Position numbers and translations under genes: made by a program
Assembly: GCA_016188825.1 (NCBI GenBank)
Contig: JACPHA010000011.1
Coordinates: 7,427-71,426 of the forward strand
Source: Candidatus Pacearchaeota archaeon
GTDB lineage: Archaea > Nanobdellota > Nanobdellia > Pacearchaeales > GW2011-AR1
Length of the DNA stretch: 64,000 nucleotides
Reading direction: 5' to 3'
Shown here: one piece after another, positions 27,053 to 34,888 of the stretch
Layout of the letters: each line of letters opens with the position of its first letter
Position numbering within the stretch: position 1 is the stretch's first letter
Notes under the pieces: model-generated
The model's input: the letters and a program-made list of their open reading frames with translations, nothing else
Told to the model about the DNA's origin: nothing
Databases searched by the model: none

Positions 27053-27799
27053 TTATTCAAGAAACAACAAGGCAAACATTATTAAAATTCCTGCGAGGAA
27101 GCAGAGAAGCTGGATAAATGATTTTTTTAAGTTTGTTTCTTTATGCAGTTCTGGAATTAAATCAGAGCCAGCTATATAGATGAAACCGCCGGCGGCAATC
27201 GGGAGGAGAATTAATTGCAGGTTTTCTATTGTGCCATTGAGCCATAACGCGATTAATGTGCCGAGAACGGCAGAGAGGGCTGTTATGAAATTTAATGTAA
27301 GAGCTTTTGATTTTGTGAAACCTGCGTGAAGCAAGACACCGAAATCTCCGATTTCTTGCGGGATTTCGTGCAAGACTACAGCAAGAGCTGTGGCAAGACC
27401 GACAGGGATGCTGGCAATATAGCTTGCTGCTATGATTAAGCCATCAATGAAATTATGCAGAGCATCGCCGAAGAGGTTTGTGTAGGCAAATGAATGAATG
27501 TGGTCTTTTGTTATGGGCATATGACAGTGCTGCCAGTGAATAATTTTTTCAAGGACAAAGAAAATTACTATGCCCGATAACAAAAGGATTGAAGAATTTG
27601 TTGAAAACGAATTTTCTGAAAGTTCGGGAAGTAGATGAATGAAAACATCGCCGAACAAAGCGCCTGCTGAAAAACTGATTAAATAAATTAGAATTTTTTT
27701 CAATTTTGCTGCTTTTATTGAAATGGTAAAAATTCCAGCGAGGGAAATCAGGCTAACTAGGAGAACACTAAGCAAAGAATATAATAAAATGTGAGCCAT
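27053..27799 (-). CDS. zupT: ZIP-family divalent metal (zinc) transporter
   Basis: 248 aa, multi-TM. HNFIDGL and HEIPQEIGDFGVL signature helices. Confidence 0.85.
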   Translation of the reverse strand: MAHILLYSLLSVLLVSLISLAGIFTISIKAAKLKKILIYLISFSAGALFGDVFIHLLPELSENSFSTNSSILLLSGIVIFFVLEKIIHWQHCHMPITKDHIHSFAYTNLFGDALHNFIDGLIIAASYIASIPVGLATALAVVLHEIPQEIGDFGVLLHAGFTKSKALTLNFITALSAVLGTLIALWLNGTIENLQLILLPIAAGGFIYIAGSDLIPELHKETNLKKSFIQLLCFLAGILIMFALLFLE

Positions 27800-27834
27800 T
27801 CGTCGTTTAGGAAAAAATGGTATTTAAAGTTAAT

Positions 27835-28098
27835 TTAATGTCTTTTTCTGCTTTTGTTAAGCCCATGGGGGTTGTAGAGTTTTACAGCTATGAAGTAGAC
27901 TAATGCACCAAGGATGCTTAATAAAACAATTACTAAAATCCATACTATTTTTTCGGTGTCGTCGCGGAAATCACGCTGGGCGCAGTCGACTATCATCCAA
28001 ATCCAGAATGCAAAAAGGGCGATTACCGCCATGAAAACTGCTGTTATGAAGATTGCCATGAACGGGAAGAATATAATAGATTCTAATCCTGCTGCCAT
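27835..28098 (-). CDS. PLDc_N-domain small membrane protein
   Basis: 87 aa. The pattern WMIVDCAQRDF...KIVWILVIVLLSILGALVYF is typical of the PLD-nuclease N-terminal domain family. Confidence 0.65.
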   Translation of the reverse strand: MAAGLESIIFFPFMAIFITAVFMAVIALFAFWIWMIVDCAQRDFRDDTEKIVWILVIVLLSILGALVYFIAVKLYNPHGLNKSRKRH

Positions 28099-28172
28099 TT
28101 TTTTAGGAAGAGAAAGGATTATTTAAAGCTGGCGTTTGCATATAAATATAAAAATGCTAGAAAGTAAATATA

Positions 28173-28478
28173 ATGATGGTTGTCAAAATAGATTATGTCA
28201 AGAATTTCCAATTCTTGAGCACACCCAAGAATTTAATTGTCAGAATTCTTGGTGTCCAAAAGTCCAAACACACACAAGGACTTTTTGATGATATTTGCAT
28301 ATGGGGTAAGGGAAAAAGAGAGAGCAGTTACGCTTGTCGAGAAGAAGAGGGTTGTGTTGGCGTCTGCCTGACTAAGGCCCCGTACAGAAATGATAAAATC
28401 GAGATTGTAGAAGAGCTTTGCACTGACTGCAGAGCATGCGTTGACAGATGCGATCTTGGGGCATTGATAATAAAATAA
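28173..28478 (+). CDS. Cys-rich ferredoxin-like small protein; N-terminal third is encoded by repeat copy A3
   Basis: The C-terminal CTDCRACVDRC is a CxxCxxCxxxC 4Fe-4S motif. The only in-frame start codons lie upstream of the repeat. Confidence 0.35.
   Translation: MMVVKIDYVKNFQFLSTPKNLIVRILGVQKSKHTQGLFDDICIWGKGKRESSYACREEEGCVGVCLTKAPYRNDKIEIVEELCTDCRACVDRCDLGALIIK
28194..28289 (+). repeat. multi-hairpin intergenic repeat, family A copy A3
   Basis: Near-identical to 19871-19964 (three hairpins). Confidence 0.8.
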
Positions 28479-28501
28479 GAAAAAAATTCAATTTTAGAAC
28501 G

Positions 28502-29968
28502 TTATTTCACTCTTGTCTTGACGAGCTTTCCGAGTGAAAGAAGGCTTTCGCCTTTTATGACTTGATTTATTATATTTTTTATTTGTGAAATTTGAACTCT
28601 GACTTGCTCGGTTGTATCGCGGTCGCGAATTGTTATTGTTTTGTCTTTTACTGTCTGCTCGTCAATTGTTATGCACATTGGTGTCCCTATTTCGTCGTTT
28701 CGAGAATACCTGCGGCCGATGCTTCCTGAATCATCGTGGATGACATTAAAATCTTCTTTTAGTTCTTTCACAAGTTTTTCTGCAATCTCTATCATTTTTT
28801 CATTTTTTACTATTGGAAAAACTGCCGCCTTTATCGGCGCGAGGAAAGCAGGCAGCTTTAAAACAACATTTTCTCTTTTTTTGTCATAGTTATATGATTC
28901 GCATAGAAGAGCGAGGAAAATTCTTTCTATTCCAAAAGTAGGTTCAATGACCCTTGGAACTATTCTTTTTTTTGTTTTTTCGTCAAAAATAGAGAGATTT
29001 TCTCCTGATTCTTTCATATGCTGTGTTAAATCAAACTGGCCACGATTTGCGTTACCTGCTATTTCTTTGCTGCCGAATGGATATTCGTAGTCAAGGTCAA
29101 ATGTTGCGGATGAGTAATGACTTAGCTCTGATTTTGTATGCTCGCGGATTTTTATTTTGTTTGAAATTCCTAGGCTGGAAAACCAGAGTAATTGTTCAGA
29201 GAGCCAGTAGGCATGCCACTCATCAAGCTTTTTTTCATTTGCCATTTCACCGATTGTGGTTTCTCTTATTGTTTCTTTCTTTTTTTGTGGGGTTTTAGCG
29301 TCGAGAAGACGGACTTTTATTTTTTTATGCTTTTCATCTAGCAATGGACAGTTTTTTTCTTCTGGGCGTATGAAGAATTCGAATTCTGCTATTGTGAATT
29401 CTCTGCTTCTGAATAAAAAATCACGAGGAGCTATTTCGTTTCTGAAGCATTTCCCTATTTGCGCTATGCCGAATGGAAGTCCCATGCGCGAGGTTTCCTG
29501 CACAAGGCGGAAATCTGTAAACATGCCTTGTGCGTTTTCTCCGCGCAGATAAGATTCTGTCGGGCTTAAAGCTCCCACTTGCGTTTTGAACATTAAGCTG
29601 AATTCTCCAAGGCTTTGATATTCACCGCCGCACCCGCATTTTACTTTTCCGAAGTCTGATTTGTCTATTTTTGTTGCTTTTTTGCACCTTTTGCATATTA
29701 CTGCGAGGTCATTGAAACTTGCCAAATGCCCTGATGCTTTCCATATTCTTGGATGAGATATGATTGAGTTTTCAATGCCGACAATATTATCTTTCTGCTG
29801 AACAAAGAATTTCCAGAAGCTGTTTTTTATATTATTATATAGTTCTACTCCTAATGGACCGAAGTCCCAGAAGCCGGAAAAGCCACCATAGATTTCGCTC
29901 GACCTGAATACAAAGCCCTTGCGCTTGCAGAAAGTGGCAAGCTCGTCAATTGTTAATTTTTCAGCCAT
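28502..29968 (-). CDS. glyS: glycyl-tRNA synthetase (archaeal/eukaryotic alpha2 type)
   Basis: 488 aa. GKCFRNEIAPR (motif 2 region), EPTFGIERI, and a C-terminal anticodon-binding domain. Confidence 0.9.
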   Translation of the reverse strand: MAEKLTIDELATFCKRKGFVFRSSEIYGGFSGFWDFGPLGVELYNNIKNSFWKFFVQQKDNIVGIENSIISHPRIWKASGHLASFNDLAVICKRCKKATKIDKSDFGKVKCGCGGEYQSLGEFSLMFKTQVGALSPTESYLRGENAQGMFTDFRLVQETSRMGLPFGIAQIGKCFRNEIAPRDFLFRSREFTIAEFEFFIRPEEKNCPLLDEKHKKIKVRLLDAKTPQKKKETIRETTIGEMANEKKLDEWHAYWLSEQLLWFSSLGISNKIKIREHTKSELSHYSSATFDLDYEYPFGSKEIAGNANRGQFDLTQHMKESGENLSIFDEKTKKRIVPRVIEPTFGIERIFLALLCESYNYDKKRENVVLKLPAFLAPIKAAVFPIVKNEKMIEIAEKLVKELKEDFNVIHDDSGSIGRRYSRNDEIGTPMCITIDEQTVKDKTITIRDRDTTEQVRVQISQIKNIINQVIKGESLLSLGKLVKTRVK

Positions 29969-30063
29969 TGTAAAAAATAGGAAAAAGGATATTTAAATTG
30001 TTTCGTGATGTTAATTCGAGTTGTAAGCCTTACAACAAGGGGTTTTTTCGTAGTGATGTAAAA

Positions 30064-30279
30064 ATGTTAAGATTTAAGGTTTGTTTTTATTTTTCTCTTT
30101 ATCATCTTCGTCGCTATCTGGGTGGAATTATTTTTATTTGTATTGGTATATTGGTTTGGAAGAAAGTTGCACCAATGAAAAGAGAATCAAAATTAGAATC
30201 TTTGCCTATGGTGGAAAAGAGCCGGTCAGATTTTTATGACAGAGTAATTGATCATCACTCAAAATTAAATCATCGATAG
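30064..30279 (+). CDS. possible small membrane protein
   Basis: 71 aa from ATG 30064 with one TM-like segment. Repeat A4 starts 2 nt after its stop. Confidence 0.25.
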   Translation: MLRFKVCFYFSLYHLRRYLGGIIFICIGILVWKKVAPMKRESKLESLPMVEKSRSDFYDRVIDHHSKLNHR

Positions 30280-30280
30280 T

Positions 30281-30396
30281 TATGCCAAGAATTTTTAATT
30301 CTTGAGCATCCAAACATAAAGCAACCTTCGGTTCTTTGTGCTTCAAAGTTCAAAGAACTTTGAAGAGTCCCAAACAACACACAAGGACTTTTTGAT
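30281..30396 (+). repeat. multi-hairpin intergenic repeat, family A copy A4 (variant middle hairpins)
   Basis: TATGCCAAGAATTTTTAATTCTTGAGC ... CTTCAAAGTTC-AAA-GAACTTTGAAG ... AGTCC-CAAACAACACACAA-GGACTTTTTGAT. Confidence 0.75.
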
Positions 30397-30505
30397 TTGT
30401 CGACAGTTGCAGGCAATCAAGTGCATTTTTTCGTTTAATTATTAAAAAATTATTAATGTTTAAATATGAAAATCAAATTTTGTTTGGCTGGAAATAAAAA
30501 AGAAA

Positions 30506-30646
30506 TTAGCCGCCCATTCTGCAGATAGTTGTACCGCAATGAGGGCATTTGCCCTTTGCGATTTTCGTTCCCCTTTTTGTCGTCGATATTTTAGGGTTTT
30601 GCATTTCTCTCATTGTTTTGCATTTCACACAATATCCCTGCGTCAT
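30506..30646 (-). CDS. small zinc-ribbon protein (DUF5679-like)
   Basis: 46 aa, MTQGYCVKCKTMREMQNPKISTTKRGTKIAKGKCPHCGTTICRMGG, with two CxxC pairs. GGAGG lies 7 nt upstream. Below the ORF-track cutoff. Confidence 0.6.
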   Translation of the reverse strand: MTQGYCVKCKTMREMQNPKISTTKRGTKIAKGKCPHCGTTICRMGG

Positions 30647-30721
30647 ATTTCCTCCTTTGCTTTTAGATTTTAAACTAAGAAAATATAGGCTTATAAATGT
30701 TTGTTTGATGTTAAGTCCTGT

Positions 30722-31582
30722 TTATAACTTAACATAAAGATTACTTGGATAATCTTTAATTCCCCTATGAAATCTTTTATCATTAAACCAAACCCTCCAT
30801 TCTTCTAATTTTCCGTCAATCCAATGTTTGAACTTACTTAACAAATTGACAAATTCTTCCACTAAATTTCTAATCGTCCTCTCAACTTTACCCTTATCTT
30901 GAGGATAATATGGGCGGGCAAATAGTGGATTAATTTTGTTTTCTATGCACCATTCTTTCCACTTTTCTCTGAGTTGTCCGCCATTATCAGCTAAAATATT
31001 TTCTGGCTTTATATTTAACTTCTGTAAAACAGAAGTTAATTCATCGGTTGTTGGACAATGATCAAATAGATTTAAACCTATAATAAATCTAGAATAATCA
31101 TCAATACAAACAAAAATATAATATTTCTTTCCTTCAAATTTAAATTCTTTCAAGTCAACTTGCCATAATTCATTTGCATATTTTGCTCGAAAAAACTTCC
31201 ACGTTTTTATCTTATTTTGATAACCACTAATTTTGTGTTTCTTTAGAATATTATTTATTGATGTTCTCGATAAATAAAAGTTTTGAACATAAACTTCCAT
31301 CTCCTTTAGCATAAAATCTGGAAGATTCATTAATCCCTGTTGAATTCTTGCTGTTCCCCATTTAAATGTTAATCTCATAAACAGAATCGCTATTTCAATT
31401 TCAACAGTTATTTTACTTTGTTTATTTCTAGGTAAATCTTCGAAATTTGAGTTTAGAGTTTCTGAACTCCAATACCATGTTGTTGTTCTGCTCACCCCAA
31501 ATACTTTGGCAACAACATTTATAGAGTTGCCATTCTTTATTGATTTGGTCATGAGCTTTCGTTCTTCTGGACTTAGTCTCAT
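30722..31582 (-). CDS. DDE transposase, integrase-core (rve) type, IS481-like
   Basis: N-terminal HTH (NVVAKVFGVSRTTTWYW). The catalytic region is WQVDLKEF...CIDDYSRF...ADNGGQL...YYPQDKGKVER. Confidence 0.8.
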   Translation of the reverse strand: MRLSPEERKLMTKSIKNGNSINVVAKVFGVSRTTTWYWSSETLNSNFEDLPRNKQSKITVEIEIAILFMRLTFKWGTARIQQGLMNLPDFMLKEMEVYVQNFYLSRTSINNILKKHKISGYQNKIKTWKFFRAKYANELWQVDLKEFKFEGKKYYIFVCIDDYSRFIIGLNLFDHCPTTDELTSVLQKLNIKPENILADNGGQLREKWKEWCIENKINPLFARPYYPQDKGKVERTIRNLVEEFVNLLSKFKHWIDGKLEEWRVWFNDKRFHRGIKDYPSNLYVKL

Positions 31583-31611
31583 GTACTTGGGCGGACAACC
31601 GCCCACCTCTT

Positions 31612-31770
31612 TTATTTGTTTAATATCACCAAGTAAACATCTCTTCCGAGGTATTCTTTAGGACAATTTACTTTTGCACTATTTCCAACAGGAACTACCT
31701 TTCTCTTTACAAAGCCTTCTATTTCTGTCAGTATTAGCTTAGTTTTCTTCTCTATTTTTACCTTACTCAT
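31612..31770 (-). CDS. DUF2080-like transposon-encoded small protein (AbrB/SpoVT-like)
   Basis: 52 aa, MSKVKIEKKTKLILTEIEGFVKRKVVPVGNSAKVNCPKEYLGRDVYLVILNK, directly upstream of the transposase. Confidence 0.55.
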   Translation of the reverse strand: MSKVKIEKKTKLILTEIEGFVKRKVVPVGNSAKVNCPKEYLGRDVYLVILNK

Positions 31771-31985
31771 GGAGTCGAGGAAAATTCAGTGCATCACTCG
31801 GCTTTATTCAAGTTGAAGTTGCAAACAACTATATAAGAAATCAGGACAGACATCACGGAACTGTTTGGATAATAGAATAGACGTCGGAAGCCGCACTCCG
31901 CCGAAGGCGGAAGGACAAACCTTTAGGGTGCGGAGGACATCACCTAATTTTTTGGGCTTGTTTGAGAGCTTTGAAAAACTTATAG

Positions 31986-32104
31986 TGAAAGACAAAGGTC
32001 TTTCCCTAACACATCAATGACAATATAAGAATTAAAAAATCCTTAATCCTTCGCTCTTTGCAGAGCTGCAGGAAACTGGGAAAAATTAATGTCATTGATT
32101 ATAG
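31986..32104 (+). repeat. palindromic MITE-like repeat, family B copy B2 (internally deleted form)
   Basis: About 90 nt aligns with 17512-17605. Inverted termini ATCAATGACAAT / TAATGTCATTGAT. Ends 8 nt from tRNA-Cys. Confidence 0.7.
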
Positions 32105-32111
32105 AGGAAAA

Positions 32112-32184
32112 AGCGCGGACCAGGAATCGAACCTGGGAGAAGTCGGGCTGCAGCCGACCGCAGTAACCACTGTGCCATCCGCGC
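32112..32184 (-). tRNA. tRNA-Cys (anticodon GCA)
   Basis: The reverse complement gives GCGCGGA...TCCGCGC-T (U73 discriminator), anticodon stem GTCGG/CCGAC with loop CTGCAGC, and T-arm CCAGG-TTCGATT-CCTGG. Confidence 0.85.
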
Positions 32185-32245
32185 TTACTTTTTATAAAAA
32201 CAGAAGATGCGCACATTTTTTAAACCTATTTGTATTTTATTAATC

Positions 32246-32647
32246 ATGGTCGTAGAGAGCAAGTTTATAATTCTGCCATTAACCGGAGCGATAATAGGAT
32301 ATGTTACTAATTGGGTTGCTATAAAGATGCTCTTTTGGCCGCGAAAAAAAATTTTTGGAATACAAGGTTTAGTTCCGAAGAGAAAAGAAGAAATTGCTGC
32401 GAGAATCGGAAAATCTTCCTTGTATTTTTTGCCGGAAGGAGTTGATAGGTTGACAAAATTGCCTTTTATCGGAAAAAGAGTTTCTTCTTATATCGAGTCA
32501 GGAGTGCATAAAAAGGCAAGGAGCCTTAACGACAAGAGGCTGCAGAAAATAATTGAAGAGACCGCGAGAAGAGAATTTTGGTTTATAGAAGTTTCCGGAG
32601 GTGTTTTGGGTTTTATAATTGGTTTGGTTCAGGCTCTGGCTGTTTAG
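32246..32647 (+). CDS. DUF445-family membrane protein
   Basis: LPLTGAIIGYVTNWVAIKMLFWPRKK...GLVPKRKEEIA matches the DUF445 N-terminal signature. ATG 32246 preferred. Confidence 0.6.
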   Translation: MVVESKFIILPLTGAIIGYVTNWVAIKMLFWPRKKIFGIQGLVPKRKEEIAARIGKSSLYFLPEGVDRLTKLPFIGKRVSSYIESGVHKKARSLNDKRLQKIIEETARREFWFIEVSGGVLGFIIGLVQALAV

Positions 32648-32649
32648 GA

Positions 32650-32665
32650 AACGCCCCCGATAGTG
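32650..32665 (+). repeat. degenerate ATTCG-poly(C)-like motif, copy R7
   Basis: AACGCCCCCGATAGTG starts 3 nt after the DUF445 stop and lies next to tRNA-Arg(TCT). Weakest member of the family. Confidence 0.35.
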
Positions 32666-32721
32666 CTAAAAATTCTTGCGAATTCTGGTTCTAGGAGTCC
32701 AGGGTTCAGCGTCGGAGCTAA

Positions 32722-32796
32722 CGCTCCCGATAGGATTTGAACCTATGACCCTCTGCTTAGAAGGCAGATGCTCTATCCGGGCTGAGCTACGGGAGC
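32722..32796 (-). tRNA. tRNA-Arg (anticodon TCT)
   Basis: The reverse complement gives GCTCCCG...CGGGAGC-G, D-arm GCTCAGCCCGGATAGAGC, anticodon stem TCTGC/GCAGA with loop CTTCTAA, and T-arm ATAGG-TTCAAAT-CCTAT. Confidence 0.85.
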
Positions 32797-32876
32797 TTAG
32801 ATAAAAAATCAGAAATCAGTTTATAAAACTAACGACTTAGAGAAAGTTTTATAAATCATCTTTTTGAGGATTAGGT

Positions 32877-33131
32877 ATGAATATTGAAATTGTCAAGCAG
32901 GACAAGAATGAAGTTGAAGTCAAACTTGACAGCATCACAGTTGCTGAGATTTTAAGGGTTTATTTGAACGAGCATGGCGTTGATTTTGCTGCATGGAGGA
33001 GAGAGCATCCGGACAAACCGATAATTATGAGAATTCAGAGTGATAAGTCAGTTAAGAAGGAAGTCAGCGAGGCTGTTTCTGCTATAAAAAAGGATTTGGA
33101 CAAAGTAAGCGGACTAGCAAGAAATAGATAG
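32877..33131 (+). CDS. rpoL: DNA-directed RNA polymerase subunit L (Rpo11)
   Basis: 84 aa. NEVEVKLDSITVAEILRVYL...VDFAAWRREHPDKPIIMRIQ matches the RpoL/Rpb11 fold pattern. Confidence 0.8.
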   Translation: MNIEIVKQDKNEVEVKLDSITVAEILRVYLNEHGVDFAAWRREHPDKPIIMRIQSDKSVKKEVSEAVSAIKKDLDKVSGLARNR

Positions 33132-33180
33132 ATTTAAGAAAGATAAATACTAAGAATATAAATAAAAAGGAGGTTGAAAT

Positions 33181-33369
33181 ATGATGTGTAAAAGCTGGTG
33201 CGAACTAGTCATCGCTATTGTGATTTTGATATTCGCATTGTTTTTGTGGACTTGGGCCTACACGCAGTGGGTAATTGTTATAGCAGCAATTGTATTGGCA
33301 ATTCATTCGTTTACTTGCAAGAAGTGCTTTGTAGGCATGCACCACACAATGCCTGGAAGGAAAAGGTAA
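33181..33369 (+). CDS. small membrane protein
   Basis: 62 aa with two TM segments. AGGAGGT Shine-Dalgarno 7 nt upstream. Confidence 0.5.
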   Translation: MMCKSWCELVIAIVILIFALFLWTWAYTQWVIVIAAIVLAIHSFTCKKCFVGMHHTMPGRKR

Positions 33370-33482
33370 ATAATAATTTTTATTTTTTATAGTTTTTATA
33401 ATTTCGTTGGTAGAGTTATGTAAAGAAGAAGAGATCTGAGGAAAAGCCATATTCTTAAATAATATGATTTTTTAGGTTTAAT

Positions 33483-34178
33483 ATGGTTAAAATATCTGCG
33501 GGGAGTTATGATTTGAACAAATGGCTTTTCGGAGGTTATGAGAGTGATGTTGTGAGTGTGATTTATGGCGGTTCTGGAACAGGAAAGACAAATTTTTGTT
33601 TGTTGGTTGCGGTTTCTTTAGCTAAAAAGGATAAGAAGGTCATTTTTATTGATAGCGAGGGCGGTTTTAGTGTCGAGAGAGTTAAACAGATGGTTTTGGG
33701 CAAAACCGCGGATTACGAAAATGTTTTGAAGAATATTTTTCTTTTAAAGCCAACAAACTTTAACGAGCAGAAAAAAGTTTTTGACAAGCTGTTAAGCTAT
33801 TTGAAAGATGAAGTTGACTTGGTTGTTGTTGATGGCATGACTGCTTTGTACAGAATTGATTTTGCAATTGCGCGCGAGAAGGGAAATGGAGAGATGCAGA
33901 AGATAAATTCAGAGCTGGCGAGGCAGATAAAAACTCTGGCGGAGACTGCGCGGAAAAGAGAGATTCCGATTATTTTGACTAATCAGGTTTATAGGTGGGA
34001 GGACAGCGATAAAATGGTCGGAGGAGATATTTTGAAATATTGGGCTAAGTGCTGGATTGAGCTTGTGAACGAGAATGGCAAGAGAACAGCGCATTTGAGG
34101 AAGCACAGGAGTCTGCCGGAGAAGAGCTTGAATTTTCAGATAACAAACGAGGGAATTAGGAAGAGGGGGTGGATTTGA
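33483..34178 (+). CDS. radB: DNA repair and recombination protein RadB
   Basis: 231 aa. GGYESDVVSVIYGGSGTGKTNFCL Walker A and VVVDGMTALYR Walker B. Size fits RadB rather than RadA. Confidence 0.8.
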   Translation: MVKISAGSYDLNKWLFGGYESDVVSVIYGGSGTGKTNFCLLVAVSLAKKDKKVIFIDSEGGFSVERVKQMVLGKTADYENVLKNIFLLKPTNFNEQKKVFDKLLSYLKDEVDLVVVDGMTALYRIDFAIAREKGNGEMQKINSELARQIKTLAETARKREIPIILTNQVYRWEDSDKMVGGDILKYWAKCWIELVNENGKRTAHLRKHRSLPEKSLNFQITNEGIRKRGWI

Positions 34179-34524
34179 AAGGTTTTAGCCTATTTATTTT
34201 ATTTCCTCTCATAATTACCAAAGTGCCTTCTCCAGTATCTTCTATGACATATTCTCCTTGCTTTATTTTTTCAAAAATTTCTTTACTCATTCTAATTTTA
34301 TAATTTTGACTATCATATTGGGCGCCAATTTTAGAATTATTATAATTACCGGTTTCGAGTATTACTTTAGTGTCAGTTATTACATACGTATCAGATAAAT
34401 TGTCTGGGACTTCTCCCAATTTACATTCTATTGCCGAATCTGGTTTTTTTTTTTTTTTTTCGAAATCAGTATTACTTATTAGGACAGATAATGTTTCTGT
34501 TGAAGGAATTCTGTAGGCAATCAT
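34156..34524 (-). CDS. hypothetical protein containing an A17 coding homopolymer
   Basis: 122-aa ORF that overlaps radB convergently by 23 nt. It contains FEKKKKKPD, encoded by the T17 run at 34444-34460 (plus strand). Confidence 0.4.
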   Translation of the reverse strand: MIAYRIPSTETLSVLISNTDFEKKKKKPDSAIECKLGEVPDNLSDTYVITDTKVILETGNYNNSKIGAQYDSQNYKIRMSKEIFEKIKQGEYVIEDTGEGTLVIMRGNKINRLKPFKSTPSS

Positions 34525-34596
34525 ATTTTGATGTTATTGAAATAGTTTAAAAAGATTATTAAGGTTCACTATATTATTATTGGTGAGTGAGAGAAT

Positions 34597-34854
34597 ATGA
34601 AAATAGAAAAGAAAACTTGGCCTGAGCAATTTGATGCAATTTCCAGAGGTGAAAAAAGATTTGATGTGCGTCTTGCCGATTTTGATTGTGAAGTCGGAGA
34701 TACATTGGTGCTTTGGGAATGGAATCCTCAAACAAAAAGATATACTAGCAGAGCAGTTGAGAAAAAAATAAAGTATGTATTAAAAACAAGAGAAGCAAAG
34801 TTTTGGAAAGAGGAAGATGTTCAAAAGCATGGATTTCAGATAATTGGATTTTAA
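34597..34854 (+). CDS. ASCH/PUA-like DUF3850-family protein
   Basis: 85 aa. WPEQFDAISRGEKRFDVRLADFDCEVGDTLVLWEW matches the DUF3850 pattern. Confidence 0.6.
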   Translation: MKIEKKTWPEQFDAISRGEKRFDVRLADFDCEVGDTLVLWEWNPQTKRYTSRAVEKKIKYVLKTREAKFWKEEDVQKHGFQIIGF

Positions 34855-34888
34855 AAACAATTAAATATCTTTGTTTCTTTTTGCAGAA

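Larger units (their letters stand above)
30706..31855 (-). mobile_element. IS element: DDE (rve) transposase plus small DUF2080-like gene; ends tentative
   Basis: Imperfect terminal inverted repeats TGATGTTAAGTCCTG (30706-30720) and CAGGACAGACATCA (31842-31855) bracket both genes. Confidence 0.55.
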
